A stretch of 64,000 nucleotides of DNA. Origin: Lentimicrobiaceae bacterium. GTDB taxonomy: Bacteria > Bacteroidota > Bacteroidia > Bacteroidales > UBA4417. The position numbers and the translations under genes are program-made. The stretch is from the NCBI GenBank assembly GCA_041660125.1, contig JBAZWY010000012.1:38499-102498 (forward strand), given 5' to 3'. The notes under the pieces are model-generated. The model was not told where the DNA came from and did no database searches. It was given only the letters and a program-made list of their open reading frames with translations. This document shows positions 1 to 7,097 of the stretch, in pieces; positions within the stretch are counted from its first letter, which is position 1, and the number at the start of each line of letters is the position of its first letter.

Positions 1-1
1 G

Positions 2-388
2 GATATTGATTTCAGCTTCCTCTACATAGAAGCAGTACTTCGCAAAACCGGAGTAAAAATTCTGTGGGCTCAAAATGGCCGCGAAGCCGTTGAGCATGTT
101 AAAACTAATCATGACATCGACATCGTACTGATGGATATGCACATGCCAATAATGAATGGATATGAAGCCTCAGGACTTATTTCAAGCCTCAGGCCAGGTT
201 TGCCTATCATTGCTCAAACAGCATTTGTGCTCCCTGACGATGTGAAAAAATGCTATGCATCTGGTTGCACAGGATACCTTGCAAAACCAATTCGCAAGGA
301 GCAATTGCTGGGTACATTGTCAGAATACTTTGACAAAATGGAACATCACGAAGAAGCTTTGCCTTTATATAAGGTTAGCAACGGATAG
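2..388 (+). CDS. Receiver (REC) domain, C-terminal end of a larger two-component protein cut by the left window edge
   Basis: Frame 2 is open from base 2. The translation ...HDIDIVLMDMHMPIMNGYEAS...GYLAKPI shows REC hallmarks: acceptor Asp in LMDMHMP and conserved Lys in AKP. Stop at 386-388. Confidence 0.75.
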   Translation, partial: DIDFSFLYIEAVLRKTGVKILWAQNGREAVEHVKTNHDIDIVLMDMHMPIMNGYEASGLISSLRPGLPIIAQTAFVLPDDVKKCYASGCTGYLAKPIRKEQLLGTLSEYFDKMEHHEEALPLYKVSNG

Positions 389-532
389 AACTTTTTAGCA
401 GGTAATTTCCGGTCACAGTTTACGTTCTGTTATTCAGTAACTTAGTGAATATAGTAGCTGCTTGTGGCTACACATTTGCACGATCTTTATTAAGAGTTAT
501 CCCTTATTGATTGCAATAATTAGTATGATAAA

Positions 533-563
533 TAAAAAAAACCCTGCATATGCGGGGTTTTTG
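533..563 (+). terminator. Rho-independent terminator after the REC-domain gene
   Basis: A-run, stem ACCCTG (541-546) / CGGGGT (553-558) with one G-U pair, 6-nt loop, then TTTTT. Confidence 0.55.
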
Positions 564-605
564 GGTTGAGTAATACGGTAATCATCTGATAAACGGAAAA
601 GTATT

Positions 606-815
606 CAAGGGTTCAAATGCCTCCAGTGTTTAAATACTGTTCGTTCAAATGTTCAAGCTTCAAAATTCCCTGCCTGCTGATGCAGTCAGGCAGGAAATGC
701 CTTTGGCGTTCAAATGCTGTACGTTCAAACATGCCTAAGGCTGGTTGTTATTCAAATGTTGTGATCTAAAAGTCATGAATCCTGAACCTGTAACACTGTA
801 ACACAGTAACACTGC
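606..815. repeat. Cluster of GTTCAAATG-like words plus an 8-bp hairpin and a (C)TGTAACAC x3 tract
   Basis: gttcaaatg-like words at 611, 643, 708, 723 and 751. Hairpin CCTGCCTG (669-676) / CAGGCAGG (687-694). ctgtaacactgtaacacagtaacactg at 788-814, directly downstream of the amidase stop. Confidence 0.7.
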
Positions 816-818
816 AAA

Positions 819-2492
819 TCATTTAAAAAGTGGAGGCTGCTGGTTATCATGATCTGTTGCATCCTGGTACATTTTTGCAAAAGCCAGCAACACTGCCTCA
901 TCATAGAGGTTGCCGATAAAACTGATGCTCGTTGGATGGCCTTTTTTATCAAATCCGTTAGGAACAACTACACATGGATTTCCGGTCAGGTTCGTAAGCA
1001 GCGATTGATTCCCGGCAAAACTTGGTGTGATAATTACATCATACTGTTTCATTACGGCATACATTTCCTGGATGAGTTTATAACGCAAGCGGTTTGCCTG
1101 TATGTACTGTACAGCCGGTATAAACTGTGCTGCGCGAAAAATATTCGGCCAGGCATTTTTGTCTTGTAGGTTCAACTCATCATCTTTATTTGTGCGCGTA
1201 AGGTCATCAAAAGCAGCGGCAGCTTCAGCAACAAGGATAATGGCCAGCGAATTTACCGGAATAGTAGCTGAATCGGGTAAGCTAACAGCAGTGAAGTTTA
1301 TTCCCATGTTGTGGATTTCGGAAAGTGAAATACTATCGTTTGCCCGGTTCTCGTCATCCTTTTCAAAAAGTGATTTAAGATATCCGACTTTCAGTTTTTT
1401 AAAGTCAATGGATGAATTGTAGTTAAACGGGTAGTCAGTCACGGATTGGTCGAAACCATCGGAACCAAGTAGCGAATTGAATACCAATGCGCAATCGAAA
1501 GCACTGCGGCAGATAGGGCCGACTTTATCCATGCTCCAACTTAACGCCATGGCTCCTGTGCGGCTTACACGTCCGTATGTTGGACGCAAACCTGTTACAC
1601 CGCAACGTGTGCTGGGCGAAACAATCGATCCCCATGTTTCGGTTCCAATGGCAAATGGAACCAGTCCTGCCGCGGTGGCAGCTGCCGATCCTGCCGAAGA
1701 ACCACTTGAGCCTTGGTTTAAATCCCATGGGTTGCGGGTAAGTCCTCCAAACCATACATCATCCATTGCCAGTGATCCGAGTGAGAATTTTGCAAGCAGA
1801 ATTGCACCAGCCTCTTCAAGTTTTTTAACCACGGTGGCGTTTCCCACGCGTGTCTGGTCTTTATAAGGTGCTGCTCCCCAGGTGGTTTTATACCCTTCAA
1901 CAGCAAACAAGTCTTTTATTCCGTAGGGAATTCCATGCAAAGGGCCGTGGTTAATACCCCGTGCCAGGTCTGCATCTGCTTTCTGAGCCTGTTTCATGGC
2001 GAGTTCTTCGGTAAGTGTAATTACACAATGCAGCGTGTCGCCATATTTCTTAAGCCGGTCTAGGAAAAACCTGGTAAGTTCAACTGAGCTTATTTTACGG
2101 GTATGTACCAATACCGAAAGATCAGCAACTGAATACCAGGCAAGCTCGTTTTTTTCAGCAGGCATGGCAACATTGGCCGGAAGGTTCCAGTCAATTGGTT
2201 TTTGTGTCTGGGTGTACACTACTCCCGCAGGCACCGGGTTAAACCAGACTGCCGGAGGTACTGAATTATCGATATCCTGGCTATGGATTTTTTTGTAATC
2301 GCCCAGCTGGCTTTCGAGCGTGGTGATCATTGAATCGCGCTCTTTGGCATCCATCGTTAAGTCAAAAAGCTTTTCGGTGGCTGAGACAAGGTTAGGATTA
2401 ACTGCTTCTTTTGAGGATTGGTTTTTGCAACCGGCCAGTGAAATAATTCCGATTGCCATGGCGAAAAAAACATTGAGTAAAGGGATCTTCAT
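819..2492 (-). CDS. Amidase-signature family lipoprotein
   Basis: 557-aa ORF. Signal peptide with lipobox LAGC. Amidase signature region GSSGSSAGSAAATAAG and upstream GIPYGIKD. Confidence 0.85.
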   Translation of the reverse strand: MKIPLLNVFFAMAIGIISLAGCKNQSSKEAVNPNLVSATEKLFDLTMDAKERDSMITTLESQLGDYKKIHSQDIDNSVPPAVWFNPVPAGVVYTQTQKPIDWNLPANVAMPAEKNELAWYSVADLSVLVHTRKISSVELTRFFLDRLKKYGDTLHCVITLTEELAMKQAQKADADLARGINHGPLHGIPYGIKDLFAVEGYKTTWGAAPYKDQTRVGNATVVKKLEEAGAILLAKFSLGSLAMDDVWFGGLTRNPWDLNQGSSGSSAGSAAATAAGLVPFAIGTETWGSIVSPSTRCGVTGLRPTYGRVSRTGAMALSWSMDKVGPICRSAFDCALVFNSLLGSDGFDQSVTDYPFNYNSSIDFKKLKVGYLKSLFEKDDENRANDSISLSEIHNMGINFTAVSLPDSATIPVNSLAIILVAEAAAAFDDLTRTNKDDELNLQDKNAWPNIFRAAQFIPAVQYIQANRLRYKLIQEMYAVMKQYDVIITPSFAGNQSLLTNLTGNPCVVVPNGFDKKGHPTSISFIGNLYDEAVLLAFAKMYQDATDHDNQQPPLFK

Positions 2493-2552
2493 ATCAAATT
2501 GTTTTAAAATGGATTAAACTAATCTAAAAGCCAAAAAGGAGCTTTGGGAATT

Positions 2553-2560
2553 CAAATGTA
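2553..2560 (-). promoter_or_regulatory. Candidate Bacteroidota -7 box (TACATTTG on minus strand) upstream of the amidase gene
   Basis: Plus-strand caaatgta is the reverse complement of TAnnTTTG, about 60 nt upstream of start 2492. Confidence 0.35.
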
Positions 2561-2624
2561 GGAATTTATTAGGTTAGAAGGAGTGGAATAAATTATAGGT
2601 CAAAAATAATTAATTGCCAGAAAT

Positions 2625-2650
2625 GAAAAAACCTCTTGCGATGCAAGAGG
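2625..2650 (-). terminator. Terminator hairpin following the pseudo-tRNA
   Basis: Stem CCTCTTGC (2632-2639) / GCAAGAGG (2643-2650). On the minus strand it is followed by TTTTTT. Flanks are identical to those of the terminator after the real tRNA-Pro. Confidence 0.55.
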
Positions 2651-2662
2651 ATTTTCATTTTG

Positions 2663-2749
2663 TCGGGGTAGTAGCCCCGCCGCTGGCGGGGGAACCTACG
2701 ACCCCCTGGTCCCAAACCAGGAGCCCCGCCGTGGCGGGGCTATACCGCA
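2663..2749 (-). pseudogene. tRNA-Pro-derived pseudo-tRNA with D-arm and T-loop replaced by GC hairpins
   Basis: Aligns base-for-base with tRNA-Pro at 3031-3105 over the acceptor 3' strand, T-stem, variable loop and anticodon stem-loop. T-loop GAATC is replaced by CCCCGCCAGCGGCGGGG and the D-arm by CCCCGCCACGGCGGGGCT. The 5' acceptor strand is mutated. Confidence 0.65.
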
Positions 2750-2988
2750 GTAATTAATCGTTTGAATGCTTGCCCACCTTTGTAGCTTTTTATTTGTTTC
2801 TCTCTGATCAAAGCTTGTTGTTTATCGGTAAACTCTTCGGTATAAACGATTATGAAAGGAATTCTTGATTTTGTAGATCGTTGAAGTCCTGCATTATGAA
2901 AAGCTAATCGACTCTGAACATCATGAGTGGATCCGATGTAATATTTACCATCTTTTTCACTTTGAAGTATGTAAACGAAATATGCCAT
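2740..2988 (-). CDS. GIY-YIG nuclease-domain small protein
   Basis: 82-aa ORF beginning MAYFVYILQSEKDGKYYIGSTHDV (GIY...YIG motif). The stop codon TAG lies inside the pseudo-tRNA 5' end. Confidence 0.85.
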   Translation of the reverse strand: MAYFVYILQSEKDGKYYIGSTHDVQSRLAFHNAGLQRSTKSRIPFIIVYTEEFTDKQQALIREKQIKSYKGGQAFKRLITAV

Positions 2989-3000
2989 AGGAAGAAATGA

Positions 3001-3026
3001 AAAAAGCCGAATTAACGGCTTTTCAT
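3001..3026 (-). terminator. Weak terminator hairpin after tRNA-Pro
   Basis: Stem AGCCG (3005-3009) / CGGCT (3016-3020), followed by a T-run on the minus strand. Confidence 0.4.
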
Positions 3027-3030
3027 TTTG

Positions 3031-3105
3031 TCGGGGTAGTAGGATTCGAACCTACGACCCCCTGGTCCCAAACCAGGTGCGCTAACCGGACTGCGCTATA
3101 CCCCG
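3031..3105 (-). tRNA. tRNA-Pro (anticodon UGG)
   Basis: The reverse complement folds as a 75-nt cloverleaf: CGGGGTA-TA-GCGC-AGTCCGGTTA-GCGC-A-CCTGG-TTTGGGA-CCAGG-GGGTC-GTAGG-TTCGAAT-CCTAC-TACCCCG-A. No encoded CCA. Confidence 0.95.
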
Positions 3106-3378
3106 AGTCAATAATTTCTGGGATTTTACCTGGTCCCAAACCAAGTGCCCCGCCGTGGCGGGACTATACCCCGAGTCAATAATTTCTGGGATTTTACCTG
3201 GTCCCAAACCAGGTGCCCCGCCGTGGCGGGACTATACCCCGAGTCAATAATTTCTGGGATTTTACCTGGTCCCAAACCAGGTGCCCCGCCGTGGCGGGAC
3301 TATACCCCGAGTCAATAATTTCTGGGATTTTAACTGGTCCCAAACCAGGTGCCCCGCCGTGGCGGGGCTATACCCCGA
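3061..3378 (-). repeat. Tandem array, exact 68-bp period, about 4.7 copies, of the tRNA-Pro 5' half plus upstream flank
   Basis: Unit starts at 3061 (genuine tRNA), 3129, 3197, 3265 and 3333. Units 3197 and 3265 are identical and 3129 differs by one base. The extra units carry the GC hairpin TCCCGCCACGGCGGGGCA in place of the D-arm. Confidence 0.9.
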
Positions 3379-3383
3379 ACTAT

Positions 3384-3752
3384 TTAATCAATCTTTCCGT
3401 TAAAACTCTTATACATTCCCAGCAGCATTTTTGAAATCCGCTCGTAGTTATCATATAACTCCTGGTAAGTAACGGCTTTAATTCCGTTGGTGGATTTCAC
3501 CAGGTCAAGCAGGGATGAACATTCAAAAATATATCCCCTGGAAAGGGTAATCAAATCTTTTTTCTCAATACTGTTTACTCTTGCCGATGCCTGAACCAGG
3601 TTCATAACAGCCAGCAACATCGCATTCTTCCAATGATCATGGATTTGGCGATCCATCTGGTCATCTTGCCTGAGCATCAACATCACTTTGTTGTGCTGTT
3701 CTTTCATAAGTTGGTAAACCTCTAACTTTTCGAAATCAAACATTTCAGGCAA
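3384..3752 (-). CDS. Four-helix-bundle protein (23S rRNA intervening-sequence protein family)
   Basis: 122-aa ORF whose N-terminus FEKLEVYQ is typical of this family. Predicted all-helical. The stop lies 6 nt from the last tRNA-like unit. Confidence 0.7.
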   Translation of the reverse strand: MPEMFDFEKLEVYQLMKEQHNKVMLMLRQDDQMDRQIHDHWKNAMLLAVMNLVQASARVNSIEKKDLITLSRGYIFECSSLLDLVKSTNGIKAVTYQELYDNYERISKMLLGMYKSFNGKID

Positions 3753-3783
3753 AAAAAACGATAATTTTAAACTTTAAAAGAAC

Positions 3784-3799
3784 TGGCGGAGAAAGGGGG
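3784..3799 (-). other. Isolated tRNA 3'-end fragment (T-stem 3' strand, acceptor 3' strand, G, CCA)
   Basis: The minus-strand read CCCCCTTTCTCCGCCA shares 14 nt (3786-3799) with the 3' end of tRNA-Ser at 18545-18558. No remaining cloverleaf is present. Confidence 0.4.
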
Positions 3800-3929
3800 C
3801 TCCATAAAATTCCCTCTGTATCGCTTATGAATAAAGGATTTAACGAATTTGGGAACTGTTACGTCCACCGATTAAACCACGGTAATTTTTTCACCAAATT
3901 GCTTTGCAATGAACTTCCTTGCGAGGCGG

Positions 3930-3937
3930 CAAAGATA
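3930..3937 (-). promoter_or_regulatory. Candidate -7 box (TATCTTTG) for the minus-strand transcript entering the four-helix-bundle / tRNA-Pro cluster
   Basis: Plus-strand caaagata. The same octamer sits upstream of the trp leader (35546) and the DUF5916 gene (32162). Confidence 0.35.
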
Positions 3938-4506
3938 GTATTTAAAAGCGAATTCCAAAGAAATATGATGTAATGTTCGAAAATAATTAAAAATACTAAC
4001 TTTTCATCATTATAATATGCATCAATTTAGCATATGGTGAAACATTTGTAAAACATTTGTGAAACAACTAATAAGACCCTTTTGAAATTGGAAATCATGG
4101 ATTTAGCAGTTGAATTGCATTCGTTTATAGGCATTGCGATTAAATTCCTACTGCTTCCATCACTAAAAGCATTGAAAAATACCAATTTTAATGACCCGCA
4201 GCCTATAGGACACCGGGTCATAAACAGCATATTTATTACAATAATTTATAAACTGCTTATCCGTTTTAAACAAGTTGTAAGGGTTTTAAGTGGTTGGTTT
4301 TATAGAAATGATTTAAGAACAAGGATTAACGATTTAAGATTTTAGATGTACATCATTGATTTAGCGAAACTTCGAAAATCAAAAATCGATGTTCCTTGTT
4401 CGATATTCAAAAGAAATATCCTTAACAAAATGACATTGACCCAAAGGGGGATTCCTTTTTCTGTAATTTCCCAAAAACTGTTTCAGCACTATAACAATAA
4501 ATCAAA

Positions 4507-5608
4507 ATGAACATTGGCGAAATACTCATCTATCAAAATCCGGAAGGCAGCATCAAAGTTGATGTTCGGCTTGAGGAAGAAACGGTATGGCTCACACAGG
4601 AGCAAATGGCTATCCTTTTTGGAAAAGCCAGGAATACCATCACCGAACACATTCAAAATGTTTTTAAAGAAGGCGAGTTGGACGAAAAAGTGGTATGTCG
4701 GGATTTCCGACACACCACTCAACATGGCGCTATACAAGGAAAAACGCAGGAAATATCTGTAAAATATTATAACCTCGATGTTATTATTTCGGTAGGTTAT
4801 CGTGTAAAATCTCAACAAGGTACTCAGTTTCGCCTCTGGGCAACTCAAAGACTGAAAGAATATATCGTAAAAGGCTTTGCTTTAAACGACGAACGCTTTA
4901 AATCAGGCACTTCGCTGAATTATTTCAACGAACTGCAGCAGCGCATCCGCGAAATCCGCTTATCCGAACGTTTTTTCTATCAGAAAATAAAAGATATTTA
5001 CGCCACCAGCATCGATTATAACCCAAAGGACGAAAAAACGGTAGAGTTTTTTAAAATCGTTCAGAACAAACTGCTCTGGGCCATTTCGCAAAATACGGCA
5101 GCCGAATTGGTGTATCGCCGGGTTGATGCTTCACTACCCCTGCTCGGTATGCAGTCATTCGACAAAACCGGTACCAAAGCCATCGCTAAATCCGATGTAA
5201 ATATTGCCAAAAACTATTTGAAAGAGGATGAAACGAGCCATGCCAATAAATTGTTGCACAGGGTGATGGTTATTCATGGCGAGTTCCATGTGACCCGTAA
5301 AAATTAAGAAATAATCACATGAAATAAAACTCCTTGGATTGCTGGTAGAACAATACCTGGCCTTTGCCGAAACTATGGCACAGCAACAATCTCCTATGTA
5401 TATGCACGACTGGATTGCCCGTTTGGATAGCATTCTGCAATTAAATGGCCGCGAATTGCTCACCCATACTGGCAAAATCAGTCATGATTTAGCTTCGCAA
5501 AAATCAGCATTGGAATACGATAAGTTTAAAGCAACTCAAAATCTGCTCGAAAAAGAGCAAAGCCTGAAAGAGATTGAGGAAGATATAAAGAAACTGAAGA
5601 AGCCATAA
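4507..5608 (+). pseudogene. RhuM-family (virulence/defence-island associated) gene, interrupted by a 91-bp insertion
   Basis: The N-terminal part (frame 1, 4507-5232) reads MNIGEILIYQNPEG...NIAKNYLKEDE. The C-terminal part (frame 2, from 5324) continues IKLLGLLVEQYLAFAE...PMYMHDWIARLD...GKISHDLA. Joining across 5233-5323 restores one continuous RhuM-like protein. Confidence 0.8.
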
Positions 5609-5790
5609 ACCATTAGCTTGTAAAGTATTCTTTCCCCCCGCTGGCATATGTTTGAACGCACGACACTGCTATATCTCCGATACTGCCCTATGGGAATCTA
5701 AAGGCGCGTTTATAAAGCGTGTCGGTATAATTTCCTTCCTGCCTTCCTTCAGTTTTAGCACATTTGTATGTCTTTCTGCTTTACAGGATA

Positions 5791-6435
5791 TTATTTTTCA
5801 GTTCTCTTTTCCATTAAAACATATGTCACAATATGTAGAGCAGTTTTACCTCTTATTTCAAAGGTTTTAATTTCAAGAATGTCAAAGTATAAACTAAAAA
5901 GTTTTCTCAATTCATCCTCCGACGAAAAATACAGTATAGTACCAAGCTGAGTTTTTCTGTATTTTCCTGAACCGCCAAATTGGCCATCTTTCTCGTTGAA
6001 GCAAACAGATAAATATCTACCTCCCGGGTTAATAAGACACTGCATGTTTTCTAAATATTTATTCCTATTCTCTGGATATATGTGGTGTAACAACTCCCAG
6101 TCATAAGCGAAATCATAAGTTTTATCAACTTCTTTTTCCAAATCACCAAGAACATCAGCTCGCAGAAAGTCGCATCTCACTTTTTTATCTTTTGCATTCT
6201 TCTTTGCATACTTTATAGCCGATTCAGAAATATCAACACCAGTCACGGTAAATCCTTTGCCGGCAAGATAAACCGCATAATTACCAGCGCCACAACCTAA
6301 ATCAATAACAGTACAGGGTTTAATCTTACCACTTTCAATCAATTGTATTAAAGCATCAGGAGGGTTTTCAATATTCCAGGGAATTTCTTTCAATGGAATA
6401 TTACTGTATATTTCATCAGTCTCAGTTTGTTTCAT
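5791..6435 (-). CDS. Class I SAM-dependent methyltransferase
   Basis: 214-aa ORF with SAM motif I VIDLGCGAGNYAVYLA followed by an acidic loop GVDIS. Confidence 0.8.
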   Translation of the reverse strand: MKQTETDEIYSNIPLKEIPWNIENPPDALIQLIESGKIKPCTVIDLGCGAGNYAVYLAGKGFTVTGVDISESAIKYAKKNAKDKKVRCDFLRADVLGDLEKEVDKTYDFAYDWELLHHIYPENRNKYLENMQCLINPGGRYLSVCFNEKDGQFGGSGKYRKTQLGTILYFSSEDELRKLFSLYFDILEIKTFEIRGKTALHIVTYVLMEKRTEK

Positions 6436-6494
6436 ACCTCAAAATTTATCATTAAGTATAATTCATATTCAACGACGTTAAAGTTACTAAATAA

Positions 6495-6716
6495 CTCCCT
6501 CTGATTTCCTATTCCACGTATATTACCGAACTGCCAAAAAAGAAAGTAAAACTATCCCTTACTGATGAAGCCGAATGGGAAGCCTACTTTTTGCAGGAAG
6601 CTAAACAGGCGCTTGCTATAAAATCCGAAATCGATAAAACCGATAAAGAAATTGACCGGATGGTTTACGACCTTTACGGCCTGACCGAAGAAGAAATCAA
6701 AATAGTGGAAGGTTAA
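6495..6716 (+). pseudogene. C-terminal tail fragment of a restriction-modification-type DNA methyltransferase/endonuclease
   Basis: The open frame has no start codon and ends ...IDRMVYDLYGLTEEEIKIVEG*. That ending is characteristic of type IIG / TaqI-like-specificity-domain enzymes. Only about 73 codons remain. Confidence 0.5.
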
Positions 6717-6726
6717 TACTTAACAC

Positions 6727-6909
6727 TTAATTATACTGAAAACGGGATAAATTTCCGCATTCATTAAGTCCCAAATTCCAAATCCCAAATTCCAAATTCC
6801 AAGCTCCAAATTCCAAGCGGTGATACAGATTGGGTCTTGGTTCTTGGGATTTGGGACTTGGGTCTTGGTTTTTTGAATGCGTGATTTTACCCCACTCTAA
6901 GTATAATTC
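6727..6909. repeat. About 180-bp imperfect palindrome with low-complexity CCAAAT/CCAAG arms
   Basis: The left arm ttaattatactgaaaacggg..ccgcattcattaagtcccaaattccaaat... mirrors the right arm ...atttgggacttgggtcttgg..ttgaatgcg..ccccactctaagtataatt. The centre is near 6830. Confidence 0.75.
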
Positions 6910-6917
6910 TCTAAATC

Positions 6918-7097
6918 ATGAAGATTCTGCCTATTTTAACTTCTTGTGCGATGCGAATGGAGCATAAACACTTACAACAATTGCGTTCCGAAACTTTACT
7001 TTCCCTCCTCAAAGTGGAGCGTGAAAACAATAAAAAACCCATTCCGGTTAATAAAAATTTTACTGTAGTTCAGATGATGAATGACATGCAATTTTAA
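6918..7097 (+). CDS. Hypothetical 59-aa ORF (below the track cutoff)
   Basis: ATG at 6918 and TAA at 7095-7097. No recognisable motif. Confidence 0.15.
   Translation: MKILPILTSCAMRMEHKHLQQLRSETLLSLLKVERENNKKPIPVNKNFTVVQMMNDMQF

Noticed and set aside
3061-3380. Possible CRISPR array (regular 68-bp periodicity with a palindromic GC core)
   Set aside because: The whole 68-bp unit is repeated, so there are no unique spacers. The units are clearly derived from the adjacent tRNA-Pro, and no cas genes are nearby.
2997-3434. Plus-strand ORFs 2997-3182 and 3213-3434 (61 and 73 aa, ...PWSQTRC...YPESIISGIL...)
   Set aside because: They are read-through translations of the tRNA and its tandem copies on the wrong strand. 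Their repetitive peptide simply mirrors the DNA repeat.
4027-4345. Overlapping ORFs 4027-4230 (-) and 4082-4345 (+) in the AT-rich gap upstream of RhuM
   Set aside because: They are mutually overlapping, low-complexity and hydrophobic by AT bias, and have no recognisable motifs. The region also contains short direct repeats (aaacatttgt x2, gatttaag x2) and is more likely decayed DNA.
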